64,000 nucleotides of DNA from an uncultured Bacteriovoracaceae bacterium. Its GTDB lineage: Bacteria > Bdellovibrionota > Bacteriovoracia > Bacteriovoracales > Bacteriovoracaceae. The DNA lies in NCBI GenBank assembly GCA_964012805.1, contig CAXGUD010000002.1, positions 96,001 through 160,000 on the forward strand, given 5' to 3'. Made by a program: the position numbers and the translations under genes. The notes beneath the pieces were generated by a model. It did no database searches and was not told where the DNA came from. It worked only from the letters and a program-made list of their open reading frames with translations. Below, piece by piece: positions 17,609-28,500 of the stretch; within the stretch, counting starts at the first letter, position 1; every line of letters starts with the position of its first letter.

Positions 17609-19567
17609 TTATTCTTCTTCTTTACCACGGAGGTAGGTGTAGCCATTAAGGCAGTCTTCAAAAAAATCGATAAGCTTTACGCTTTCTCTTGGGTTAATAT
17701 TCTTAAGACCCACAAAAGAATCGATTTCTTTTTTCATATTATAGGCCATTTGACCTGCATTATACTGCATCGTATTTAACACTTTTTTGGCAGAGGCCCC
17801 TCGGATAACTTCTTCTACGTAAAAGCCATGGGGGTCATCGACATCAGAAAAGATATGAACTTCATTCAAGCGCCCAAATAAATTATGAGTGTCACCCATA
17901 ACATCCTGGTAAGCACCCGTTAGAAAAAACCCAAGGTAATAAGGCTCATCTTCTTTTAAGGAGTGAAGCTGAAGAGTGTTTTTATATTTTCCAAGGTTGA
18001 TAAACTTATCAATTTTTCCGTCACTGTCACAGGTTATATCAACGAGAATACAATGCTCTGTCGGAAGCTCTTTAAGTCGTGTAATAGGGACAACAGGAAA
18101 GAGCTGATCAATCGCCCAGCTATCTGGAAGGGATTGAAAAACAGAAAAATTGCAAAGGTATTGGAGAGCAAGATTATCAGCAAAGCTTTCAAAGTCTTCT
18201 GAAATGAAGTCGAGGTGCTTTATTTTTCCTCTTAAAACCCGGCAAATTTCCCAAAAGTGGTCTTCAATAATGGCCTTTTCACCCAGAGATAAAATACCAA
18301 GACGGAAGGCATTTTCAGCATCTGTCTTAACGGCCAGAGCATCGTTAAAAACTTCCTGGAAAGGAGTTTCATGGACACTGGTTAGAATTTCTTTAATATT
18401 TGTCACAAGGATATGGGGTTTTTCTAAATCGTCGTAGGAGCCTTCTCTAAAGTCAGTCGTCATAGGTCCAATTTTATCGACCACTTCAACGAGCACAAAA
18501 CTATGGTGAGCGGTCATGGCCCTTCCACTTTCTGTTACGATATGAGGGTGCTTAACTCCAGCTAAATCACAAACCTGCTGAATTCCATACACAATATCAG
18601 AAGCATAAATTTCAGTTGAATAATTTCTTGAAGAGTCATGGGCAGACTGTGAACCATCATAATCAACGCCTAGACCACCGCCGACATCCATATATTCGAT
18701 AGGAACACCTAGCTTAATAAGCTCACTATAAATTCTTGTCCCTTCACTGATAGCATCTTTTATGGTCTGGATATTAACAACCTGGGAGCCCACGTGAAAA
18801 TGGATTAATTTCACGGTCCCTTTTAAACCGTTTTCTTCAAGGAGCTTCACTCCTTGCATAATCTCGCTAACACTTAAACCAAACTTGGCCTTTTCCCCAC
18901 CAGACTCAGACCACTTTCCACTTCCCTTAACAGAAATCTTCGCTCTTAAACCAATAAGAGGTTCAACATTCATTTCTTTAGAAAGCTCAATAAGCTCAAT
19001 AAGCTCTTGAAAGCGCTCAACAACAACGATCATTTTTCTTTGAAGCTTTCTACCTAGTAAGGCGAGCCTTAGATACTCTCTGTCTTTGTGACCATTTAAA
19101 ATGGTTAGTGATTCTTTATTTGTATTTAAGGAGAGGACACTTAAAAGCTCTGCTTTAGAGCCAGCTTCAAGTCCAAAGTCGTAAGGGGCACCAGCATCGA
19201 CAATTTCTTCAACGACTTCCCTCATTTGGTTAACTTTCACTGGAAAAACACCCATAAAGCGGCCTTTATAATCGGCTTCATCTATGACCGTTTTAAAAGT
19301 TTCATTTAAATGAATGACTTGAGAGCGGAGTATTTCTGGAAAACGAACGACACAAGGAAGCTGAACGCCTCTTTCTTTAATTTCATCAATTACTTTTTTA
19401 ATATCAATTGTTGAACGACTCAAACTTCGGTCAGGTCTTACAGAGAGGTGTCCTTCATCTCCAATAGAAAAATAACCTTCACCCCATCTGTTAATGAAGT
19501 ATATGTCGTCAATTCTTTCAGAAACTGTTTTATCTTCCATAGCTGAAACCTTTACCAACTTCTTCAA
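17609..19567 (-). CDS. speA: Biosynthetic arginine decarboxylase
   Basis: FPVKVNQ (PLP Lys), GLEAGSKAEL, HFHVGSQ, DITCDSDG, GAYQDVMG; alternative start ATG 19540. Confidence 0.95.
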   Translation of the reverse strand: MKKLVKVSAMEDKTVSERIDDIYFINRWGEGYFSIGDEGHLSVRPDRSLSRSTIDIKKVIDEIKERGVQLPCVVRFPEILRSQVIHLNETFKTVIDEADYKGRFMGVFPVKVNQMREVVEEIVDAGAPYDFGLEAGSKAELLSVLSLNTNKESLTILNGHKDREYLRLALLGRKLQRKMIVVVERFQELIELIELSKEMNVEPLIGLRAKISVKGSGKWSESGGEKAKFGLSVSEIMQGVKLLEENGLKGTVKLIHFHVGSQVVNIQTIKDAISEGTRIYSELIKLGVPIEYMDVGGGLGVDYDGSQSAHDSSRNYSTEIYASDIVYGIQQVCDLAGVKHPHIVTESGRAMTAHHSFVLVEVVDKIGPMTTDFREGSYDDLEKPHILVTNIKEILTSVHETPFQEVFNDALAVKTDAENAFRLGILSLGEKAIIEDHFWEICRVLRGKIKHLDFISEDFESFADNLALQYLCNFSVFQSLPDSWAIDQLFPVVPITRLKELPTEHCILVDITCDSDGKIDKFINLGKYKNTLQLHSLKEDEPYYLGFFLTGAYQDVMGDTHNLFGRLNEVHIFSDVDDPHGFYVEEVIRGASAKKVLNTMQYNAGQMAYNMKKEIDSFVGLKNINPRESVKLIDFFEDCLNGYTYLRGKEEE

Positions 19568-20454
19568 TCTAACTTACTGTGAGTTAGGAGAAGGCCTATT
19601 TCCCTTACAACCTTGGCCGCAAAGACGGAACTGTTACCAGAAGAATCAAGGTCAGGAGCAAGCTCAACAACGTCGGCCCCCACGATATTCTTTCCTCGAA
19701 GGATTTTCATCAGCTTGATAAAAGAGTGAAAGTCTTCTCCACCAGGTTCAGGTGTTCCAGTGCCAGGAAAATAGGAAGGGTCAAAATAATCTAAGTCTAA
19801 AGTTAAGTAAAGAGGTCTTTCATTAGGAATAGATCTTATATAGCTGAAAAAATCATCTTTAGATGTCTGCAAAGTTCCCTTCTCTCTCATCCATTTATAT
19901 TCACTTTTTGTTCCAGAGCGGATGCCATACTGGACAAGGTCATGGTCATTTCCGAAGTGATCAAGGGCCCTTCTAATAATTGAAGCGTGCGAGTAATGAA
20001 AACCTTCATAGCCATCTCTTAGGTCGGCATGAGCATCCAAGTGAATGAGAAGAAGGTCTGAATAATCCTCAAGGTATTTTTTTATGGGTGCATAGGAAAT
20101 GGAATGCTCACCACCAATGGTGAGGAGCTTCACTTTATCCTTTTTAAAGTCTGTTTTATCCCAAAGTTTGGAGAGCTCTTGATTCCCCTTTTTCCACTTT
20201 ACTTCAGGATCCGTAGAGTCCCCTAGGACTAAGTTACCGAGATCATAAAGGTTATCAGTATCATCAAGGTCAAGGTTTAAATAAGGCGAAAAAGTTTCAA
20301 TTCCGTAAGAAGCTTCCCTGATTGCAGAGGGCCCTAACCTTGCTCCCTTTCTAAAACAAGCCGTTCCATCGAAGCCAAACCCGACTAAATGAGTTCCCCT
20401 CTTTTTAAGAGTTTTTGTTGGTTTAAAACTCATAAACAAAGTTTGTTGATCCAA
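19564..20454 (-). CDS. speB: Agmatinase (ureohydrolase)
   Basis: GGEHSI, DAHADLR, DLDYFDP..PGTGTPEPGG; coupled to speA. Confidence 0.92.
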   Translation of the reverse strand: MDQQTLFMSFKPTKTLKKRGTHLVGFGFDGTACFRKGARLGPSAIREASYGIETFSPYLNLDLDDTDNLYDLGNLVLGDSTDPEVKWKKGNQELSKLWDKTDFKKDKVKLLTIGGEHSISYAPIKKYLEDYSDLLLIHLDAHADLRDGYEGFHYSHASIIRRALDHFGNDHDLVQYGIRSGTKSEYKWMREKGTLQTSKDDFFSYIRSIPNERPLYLTLDLDYFDPSYFPGTGTPEPGGEDFHSFIKLMKILRGKNIVGADVVELAPDLDSSGNSSVFAAKVVREIGLLLTHSKLD

Positions 20455-20791
20455 AACGTTCCCCCATAAAAATGAATGAAATGAACTTCTTTTAACTTAA
20501 AAATGATTCTTCGTTCTAATGTGTTTTCTCTCTTAGTGCAAGGCGAGTGAGAAGACCTGATTTTTTTTACATCCCCGAGTACTGCATCGCATTATTTATC
20601 TTCAACCTCCGTTTAAAATTTTGTCTTCTAATTGGTTTTTAAAGAAAATTGTTAAACATTTCGTAGGCAACCTTTACGTATAGATCCAAGGCACCGTTTG
20701 ATCTTATATAATAGTCAGGTAGAAGTTTTTGGTTGAAGCAACTACTTTTTCTTTTTGAAACCTCTAAGAACCATTAAAAAAAGGAATTATT

Positions 20792-21409
20792 ATGAAAATA
20801 ATGAAACTTATGAGCTTGTCTGTATTTTGCTTAATCTTTTTTTCAGCAAACCTAATGAGTAAAACTGTTGAAGTAAAAATGCTTAACAAGGATAGCAATG
20901 GACAACCTCACGTTTTTGAGCCTGCCGTTGTTTTTATTGAAAAAGGGGACTCTGTTAAGTTTATTTCAGTGGATAAAGGTCATAATGTGGCCTCAATGGA
21001 CAAAAAAGGCTCTGCCCCTGCCGGTGTAAAGAAGTGGAAAAGCAAAATAAGCAAAGACCACATACAAAAGTTTGATATTGAAGGTATTCATGGAATAAAG
21101 TGTAAACCTCATATGGTTATGGGGATGGTAGGGGCTGTCGTCGTTGGAAATACACATAATATTGAAGCCTTTTCAAAAGTAAAACTCATTGGAAAAGCTA
21201 AAAAAAGGTTTCCTAAAATTTTGGCCACAATAAAAAGCAATGCTCCAAAAGGAAAGGCCAGAAAAACAGCGAGCGTCGAAACTTCAGCTGCAGCCGGTGA
21301 TGCTCCTTCAGTTGAAGCAAGTCTTGCCCAACTCAAAAATGATGTTGATGGTCTTAAAGCTGCGGTTAAGGACATACAAAGTAAACTTGAAAAATTGGAA
21401 GCGAAGTAA
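20792..21409 (+). CDS. Pseudoazurin-like type 1 copper protein with C-terminal coiled coil
   Basis: Signal peptide; VKMLN..VFEP, GHNV, CKPHMVMGM ligand set. Confidence 0.88.
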   Translation: MKIMKLMSLSVFCLIFFSANLMSKTVEVKMLNKDSNGQPHVFEPAVVFIEKGDSVKFISVDKGHNVASMDKKGSAPAGVKKWKSKISKDHIQKFDIEGIHGIKCKPHMVMGMVGAVVVGNTHNIEAFSKVKLIGKAKKRFPKILATIKSNAPKGKARKTASVETSAAAGDAPSVEASLAQLKNDVDGLKAAVKDIQSKLEKLEAK

Positions 21410-21411
21410 AT

Positions 21412-21678
21412 TTAGTTAGTTAAACTAGATCTATAAGGCCTCGTCATTAAACCGGGCGAGGCTTTCTCTACCTCTTCTTTGGTTGGTAAATAAGGCAAGC
21501 AATCAGTACACACGATTTCAACTAAACCAAATAATCGACTTATCGTATGAAGTTTTGTTTTGGTTCCACAAATCATACACGATCTACTATGCATGTTTGA
21601 CTCTTCAGGGGAAAAGCTCTTGGACTTAAGCTTTTCTAACTTTTGAACGTAATTGCGCAACAATCCCTCTGGATTCAC
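21412..21678 (-). CDS. Small CxxC...CxxC (putative zinc-binding) protein
   Basis: GTG start after GGAGG; CMIC and CTDC. Confidence 0.7.
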   Translation of the reverse strand: MNPEGLLRNYVQKLEKLKSKSFSPEESNMHSRSCMICGTKTKLHTISRLFGLVEIVCTDCLPYLPTKEEVEKASPGLMTRPYRSSLTN

Positions 21679-21782
21679 AAAAGCCTCCTTCCTCGAAGCT
21701 ACCCCTTTTTAATGGGGACAAAAGCCATGTAAATGATGTTTTATCATTTATGGAAGAAGGTTTTTTGTCAACAGAGCATATT

Positions 21783-22793
21783 TTACTTAACTTCCCAAGT
21801 TTCTCCAGACATGATGAGATCGCTCATTTTCCCTGCACCTTTCTTTTCTTTAACTTTATCCATTTGATCAACAACAGCGTCTTCAAAAACCGGCAATTCA
21901 ACCTTTTTAAAGACACCCATAGGTACTGGTAAACCTAATCCTCTAAATTGAGTATAGATAAGGGGAAGAGTAGGATCTTTTTCATTGTGAACGAGAAGGT
22001 CGTCTTCAGTAACTCCATTTTCACCAATTGTAACAACTTCTGGTGTGAAGCCATTAAGACGGATTCCCTTGTTCTTTGCCTTGCTAAAGATAAGGGGCTT
22101 TCCGTGTTCTAAAAAGACGGTGGTCTCATCTCTCGTTTTCCTATTTGTATATTCATCGTGAACTTTATCATTGAAAATGACACAGTTCTGGAAGATTTCA
22201 ATCATAGAAACCCCAGGATGCTCGGAAGCTTGTTTACAAATTTCCATCATGTGCTTAGGGTCTGTATCAAGAGTTCTTCCAAAGAAAGTTGCTCCGGCAC
22301 CTATAGAAAGATTCGCAGGGTTGAACGCCTCATCAATGCTCCCAAAGGGAGTAGACTTGGTGACAGTACCAACACTTGATGTTGGTGAGTATTGGCCTTT
22401 CGTCAGACCGTATATCTCGTTGTTAAAAAGGACGATATTTAAATTTACATTACGCCTTAAAGCATGAATGAGATGGTTACCTCCAATAGAAAGTCCATCA
22501 CCATCTCCTGTAATAACCCACACCTCTAAGTTTGGATTCGTTAACTTAAGACCTGTAGCGACGGCCGGAGCACGACCGTGAATCGTGTGGAGCCCGTATG
22601 TATTCATATAGTAGGGAAACCGAGAAGAGCAGCCTATCCCAGAGATGAAAACAATGTCCTCTTTTTTCTTCCCTAGCTTAGTCATTGCCATCTGAATAGA
22701 CGACAAAATGGCATAGTCACCACATCCTGGACACCAGCGGACTTCCTGATCACTAATAAAGTCCTTCTTTTTATATACCGGTTTTTCACTCAT
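21783..22793 (-). CDS. korB: 2-oxoacid:ferredoxin oxidoreductase beta subunit
   Basis: WCPGCGD, SGIGCSSR, GDGDG..IGGNH, NNEIYGLTKGQ; ATG 22793 after GGAGG. Confidence 0.92.
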   Translation of the reverse strand: MSEKPVYKKKDFISDQEVRWCPGCGDYAILSSIQMAMTKLGKKKEDIVFISGIGCSSRFPYYMNTYGLHTIHGRAPAVATGLKLTNPNLEVWVITGDGDGLSIGGNHLIHALRRNVNLNIVLFNNEIYGLTKGQYSPTSSVGTVTKSTPFGSIDEAFNPANLSIGAGATFFGRTLDTDPKHMMEICKQASEHPGVSMIEIFQNCVIFNDKVHDEYTNRKTRDETTVFLEHGKPLIFSKAKNKGIRLNGFTPEVVTIGENGVTEDDLLVHNEKDPTLPLIYTQFRGLGLPVPMGVFKKVELPVFEDAVVDQMDKVKEKKGAGKMSDLIMSGETWEVK

Positions 22794-22867
22794 TCTTTTT
22801 ATCCTCCAAAAATGTCTTTTTTTCTTTTTTAAAATAAAACCCAATTAAATCCGCACTTAAACTGTCT

Positions 22868-24730
22868 TTAAGAGAAGTCAGCAGGGTTTTGTATTCCTTT
22901 ACCATCCATTAAACCTTCCATTGATTCCACAAGCTCAGAAATTTTAAAAGGAAGTCCCATGACTTTATTATACCCGATGGCATCACACTTAAATTTTGCA
23001 TTGAGTATATCCACCATTTGCCCCATGTTTAGCTCTGGAACTAAAATCTGTTTAAATTTTTTGAGAAGATCTCCAACATTTTTTGGCAGAGGATTAATAT
23101 ACTTTAGATGCATAAGGGAAATTTTTCGACCCTTTTTTTGGAGTTGCCTAACGGCCATATGGGTCGCCCCATAAGTCCCTCCCCAAGACACAACGAGAAG
23201 GTCACCTGAGTCTTCTCCCTCAATCTCCTGAAGTGGTATATTGTCAGCTACAAGCGCCACTTTCTTGGCCCTTATTTTAGACATATGAAGGTGGTTTTCG
23301 GGGTCATAACAAACATTTCCTGTAATATCCTCTTTCTCCAACCCACCCAAGCGGTGTTCGTGCCCTGGTGTACCTGGTATTGCCCAAGGTCTTACAAGCT
23401 TTTCATCCCTCTTATAAGGAAGGTAACTTCCATCTTCTTCCAAAGAAGATGTCGTCACTTTTGAGTTAATCTTGCTGTAATCTTTTTCAAGATCTGGAAG
23501 TTTCCATGGCTCGGCGCCATTGGCAATATAACCATCAGTTAAAAGCATAACAGGCGTCATATGTTCAAGCGTTAACCTTGCTGCCTCATAGGCCATGTGA
23601 AAACAATCACTCGGCCTTGAAGCCGCGACTATTATAAGAGGGCAATCTCCATTACGTCCGTGAAAAGCCTGATTTAAATCTGATTGTTCAGTTTTTGTGG
23701 GTAGGCCAGTCGATGGTCCCCCACGCTGGATATTAACGATGACAAGGGGAATTTCATAAATCATGGCAAGACCTAAAGCCTCACCCTTTAGGGCTATCCC
23801 TGGACCAGAACTAGTTGTCAAGCTGAGGGCACCGGCAAAAGAAGCACCAATAGAAGAAGAAATAGCAGCAATTTCATCTTCGGCTTGAAAAGTTTTTATT
23901 CCAAAGTTTTTATGCCTCGATAGCTCGTGGAGAATATCTGAAGCAGGCGTTATAGGATAACTTCCAAGAAATAATTTTAAGTCAGCAGCTTCCGCTGCTT
24001 GCATTAATCCCCAGGCTGTCGCTGTGTTTCCATTGATGTGGCGGTAAGTTCCAGGAGAAATTTTAGCTGCTGGTATTTCGTAATTTGAAACGATAGTTTC
24101 AATTGTCTCAGCATAGTTTCGACCTGCTTTAAGAGCTTTTACGTTAGCATCAACAAGGTCAGGCCTCTTTTTAAACTTTTCTTGAACCCATTTAATGGTT
24201 GGCTCTAAGTCTCTTCCAAACATAAAATAAGTAATACCCAAGGCATAAAAGTTTTTACAACGACCTTTGGATTTATTATCAATTTCGGAATCTTTAAGGG
24301 CCTCTAACGTTTGTGAAGTAATATTTGCTTCAATAACCTTATAAGTTTCCATGTCATGAGTTTTTAGAGGGTTGCTGTCGTAACCACACTTCTTAAAATT
24401 AGAATCTGTAAAAGCATCGATGTTCGCAATCACAGTCCCACCCTTCTTTAAAGAACCAATATTGGCCTTTAAAGCAGCGGGGTTCATTGCAATAAGAACA
24501 TCTGGTTCATCACCAGGAGTATTTACTTCCGAGGAACCAATATTAACCTGGAACCCAGAGACTCCGGCGACAGTTCCTTGAGGGGCCCTAATTTCAGCAG
24601 GAAAATCTGGGAAAGTTGAAAGGTCATTTCCCATAAGCGCTGAAGTATTAGAAAACTGAGTTCCCGTCAGCTGCATCCCATCACCAGAGTCGCCCGAAAA
24701 ACGTATTACCACACTCTCTAATTTTTCCAT
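22868..24730 (-). CDS. korA: 2-oxoacid:ferredoxin oxidoreductase alpha subunit (fused gamma-alpha)
   Basis: GDSGDGMQ, YPITPAS, QAEDEIAA, QRGGPSTGLPT. Confidence 0.92.
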   Translation of the reverse strand: MEKLESVVIRFSGDSGDGMQLTGTQFSNTSALMGNDLSTFPDFPAEIRAPQGTVAGVSGFQVNIGSSEVNTPGDEPDVLIAMNPAALKANIGSLKKGGTVIANIDAFTDSNFKKCGYDSNPLKTHDMETYKVIEANITSQTLEALKDSEIDNKSKGRCKNFYALGITYFMFGRDLEPTIKWVQEKFKKRPDLVDANVKALKAGRNYAETIETIVSNYEIPAAKISPGTYRHINGNTATAWGLMQAAEAADLKLFLGSYPITPASDILHELSRHKNFGIKTFQAEDEIAAISSSIGASFAGALSLTTSSGPGIALKGEALGLAMIYEIPLVIVNIQRGGPSTGLPTKTEQSDLNQAFHGRNGDCPLIIVAASRPSDCFHMAYEAARLTLEHMTPVMLLTDGYIANGAEPWKLPDLEKDYSKINSKVTTSSLEEDGSYLPYKRDEKLVRPWAIPGTPGHEHRLGGLEKEDITGNVCYDPENHLHMSKIRAKKVALVADNIPLQEIEGEDSGDLLVVSWGGTYGATHMAVRQLQKKGRKISLMHLKYINPLPKNVGDLLKKFKQILVPELNMGQMVDILNAKFKCDAIGYNKVMGLPFKISELVESMEGLMDGKGIQNPADFS

Positions 24731-24839
24731 TCATCACCCTTTATTCTTTATTTTTTATTTGGTCCGCATCTTATCTTCTTTTTCATCAATGAAAAAGAGG
24801 GTGGACAAAAAAAGTCACAAAAAAAGGATAAGGAATTCC

Positions 24840-25373
24840 TTACGCACCTTCTCGAGTGCTATCACCTCTAAAAGGTTCGGAGGTAATATTCGTAATTTCT
24901 TCTGGAAAATAATCAAGGATAAAGTCCACAACATCTCTAATTGAAACAATTCCTATTGGCTTTTCATCGTCATCAACAATGGGAACATGCCTAAACCTCC
25001 CGACATGCATATTGTTCATAACGTAGGCAACCTTATCGTCTTCTTTAAGGGTCACCGGGTCTGCTGTCATTATTTGAGTGATGGCCGTTCCTTTTAGATC
25101 CGTTATAAGACCAGTCACTTTCATTAAAATATCCCGCTCAGTTACAATCCCTTTAAGCACGCCATCATCATCTGTAATCAAAACAGAACCGATTTTATTT
25201 TTTTGCATTATTTCAACCGCTTCCCCTATTGTCGTTTTAAGGCCTAATGACCTAACACCTTTTAAGGGCACGACATCTTTAATAAGTGTTGAAAAGGTTT
25301 CAGCGTTCAGTATCTTGGGCTCCTGATCCCTTTCTGCCATAATCTCCATTTCCTCATCAAGATTTTCATCCAT
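24840..25373 (-). CDS. CBS-pair domain protein
   Basis: GIVTERDIL and RHVPIVD..GIVSIRDV; ATG 25373 after AGGAG. Confidence 0.88.
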   Translation of the reverse strand: MDENLDEEMEIMAERDQEPKILNAETFSTLIKDVVPLKGVRSLGLKTTIGEAVEIMQKNKIGSVLITDDDGVLKGIVTERDILMKVTGLITDLKGTAITQIMTADPVTLKEDDKVAYVMNNMHVGRFRHVPIVDDDEKPIGIVSIRDVVDFILDYFPEEITNITSEPFRGDSTREGA

Positions 25374-25563
25374 ATCAAGCACTCCTGGGAAAGACTTATA
25401 ATAAAGACAAAAGCAACCTCATTTTAACCCTAAATTTATACGTAACATTATTTTTTTTTGACGAGGGCCTAAAAACAACTTTATTTATTGCACATTGTTT
25501 AAATTAAAAAATAAATAACATTGATAAGCAGTAAAAAAGGTCACGCTATAAAAGGGCCAAAGC

Positions 25564-28500
25564 TTATTTCTTTATTTTAAATGAATAGAGAACGGGGATA
25601 AAAATGAGAATTAATGTCGTCGCAAAAACTAATCCACCAGCAACGGCTAAAACAATCGGAACCAAGAAGGGTTCATAACCTCCTATCCCAAAAATTGTTG
25701 GGGCCATTCCTAGAACAGTTGTGACGGTTGTCAACATAACGGCCCTGAAACGGTCTTTCGCTCCTTTTAATAGAAGCTCCATAGTTAACTCTCGGCCCAT
25801 TGAAACCTGATTAAGGTGGCTCACCATAATGAGACCATCATTAACAATGATACCAACAAGTCCAAGGGAGCCAATCATTCCTAGAAAGCTCAAAGGTAAA
25901 TTAAAAACGTAAAAAGAAATAACAACGCCAGCAAGACCGAAAGGTATTGTTGCCAAAATAATAAAGGGTTGAATAAGGGAATTAAAGAGGATGACAAGCA
26001 CAAAGTAGATTCCAAGAATGCAAAACGGAAAAGCGATAATAAAGTCTTGAATACTCTCCTCTGTCGCCTTCTCCTCTCCACCAAAAACAACTTGAAGGCC
26101 TGGGGTCCCTTCAATTTGACCTTTGAATTTTTCTTGAATTAATTGTTTAACTTTTTTAGAGGTTGTAACCTTTTCGTTAAGGTCTGAAGAAATTGTCACA
26201 GAGGGTTTTCCATTATAGTGACGAATTATCGTTTGACCTCTTACTTCTTGAAGTTTTACCAGCGGTAAAAGATCTAAAAGCCTTCCTCTTTGGTTCATCA
26301 CTTGAACCTTTTTTAAGATTTCTCTTTCATCTTCAAAGCCCTTTTTTGAAATCTGCAATCTGAAATCTATCTCCTCTCCCTCTTGGACAATCTTGGTAGG
26401 AACACTCCCTTGAAACGCAACTCTTAAGGTGTGAGCCACAGTCTCAACGGTCACTCCAAGGCGACCCATCTTGTAATAATTCGGAATAATTCTAAGCTCG
26501 TTTTGACCCTCTTTCATATCACTTTCAAGATCGACAACACCTTTGACACTAGAAAGGAAGTCAAAAATATCTTTCGAAACTTTATTTCTTAACTCCGTAT
26601 TCTTGGTTACCACGCTTAGTGTGACGGGTCTTCCAACAGGAGGGCCATCTTTATACTTTTTGGTCCATAGCTTTGTGAATCCTTGTTTTTTGGTTAGGTC
26701 CAAAAGGCCCTTCTCAATCTCCCGCATAATTGTTTCACTCGTCTTTCCCCTTTGAATCGCTGGCTTTAGAATAAGGGTAATCAAAGCATGGTTTTCTTTT
26801 TGACCTCCGGTCGCCCCATAAGGATCTGTGTCATGGTGACCAATCGTGGTAATATAACCAGATGAGTCTTTACCGGCCACTTTAGAAACAAAGGCTTCGA
26901 CGGCCTCCATTTTCTTAGACGTGGTCTGAAGAGGAGTCCCTTCCGGCATTTCAGCAAGGACAAAAAGTGAGTCCACATCATTATAGGGGAAAAGAACATA
27001 AGTCATTTTGGTTTTAAACAAAACCCCACTAAAACCTAAAAAGCCAACAAAAAGAAGAATCGTAAGAAAGCGCCTCTTTAAAAAGCCCTTTAAAAGCCTC
27101 TCATAAAGGTTTTTTATGCGAGTCCACCAAGCGGCTTCTTCATCTTTACCAGTGGACTTTCCCATGGCCACATGAGCAGGCAACAAACAGGTACATTCAA
27201 AAAGAGAAAAGATGAGCGCCGCCACAACAACGACTGGAATAGTGTAAATAAAGCGTCCTAGAATTCCAGACAAGAAAAACATGGGAAGAAAAGCGAGGAT
27301 TGTCGTTATAATAGTTGTCGTAACGGGCCAAAACATTTCTCTTACGCCATCAATCGCGGCGTTTACCTGCTCTTTCCCCATTTCTCGGTGCCTCGTTATA
27401 TTTTCAGCAACAACAATAGCGTCATCCACAAGAAGGCCTAGAACAAGGATCATTGTAATCAAAGAGATAATATTAATGCTTACACCCAAAGTTGGAAAAA
27501 AGATGACGGCACCGAGAAGAGAGAGAGGAATCCCAAAAGCTGTCCAAAAGGCCACCTTTTTGGAAAGAAACACGACCAATGAAATAATAACAAAAAGCCC
27601 CCCGATAAGAGCATTATTTTGGACAATTTTTAAAAGGGAATTCGTATAATAAGACATATTGTTGACGATTTGGGCCTTTACACCTTTGGGAAAGCCTTTT
27701 TTAAGCTCCTCAATAGTCATTTCTATATCATCACTCAGGTCAATAATATCCGCTTTCGCTTGGGCCCTTACAACCAAATTAATCGATGGCGAGCCGTTTG
27801 TTTTGGTTAAAACTTTTGCCTTTTGATAACCTTCAGTTACCTCCGCAACATCCTTTAAGTAAACTTGCCTGCCGGAGTAGTTAGAACGAATGATAAGGTT
27901 TTTAACGTCCTCGATATCCTTAAACTCTGAGTAAGTGATCACCTTCTTTAAATACCCTGGCGAAGAAAAATTTCCACCAGAAACCCTCAAATTTCTTTCT
28001 TTTAAGGCCTTGGCAATTTCCACAAGAGAAACTTTTTTCCGCCGCAACTTTTTAGGGTCGGCCTTTATCTTAATTTCCCTTTTTCTGTAACCATTTTTTG
28101 TTATTCTTGCTACACCACTAAGATCTTTGATTCTATCCTCAAGGGCCTCTGCTATTAGCCTTCTCTCGCGTTCATCCTTTCCCCCAGTAATGGCAATCTC
28201 CATAAGTGGGAGGTTTCCAGATTTGAACTCTTCAATACTCGGTTTATAACTTACTTCTGAAGGGAGGTCACTGACCCTGTCAACGGCGTTCCTAATATCG
28301 GTTTTAATCGCTTGAGGGTCAGATGCGTTTAAATCAAGCCAGATATAGACAAGTGAGAGGTTTTCCAATGAAAGAGAGCGGATCCGATCTATTCCATCCA
28401 CTTCTTCCAACTTCTTCTCTATTTTATTTGTAACATTAACTTCCACATCCTCAGAGGAAGCGCCAGGATACTCCGTTGTCACCATCATGAGCTCAAAATT

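Noticed and set aside
20455..20791. Long speB/pseudoazurin intergenic region as an ncRNA or FNR site
   Set aside because: Only a TTGAT half-site; no convincing structure
27281..27649. 122-aa plus-strand ORF and the other short nested ORFs in the track
   Set aside because: Antisense or off-frame within well-supported genes
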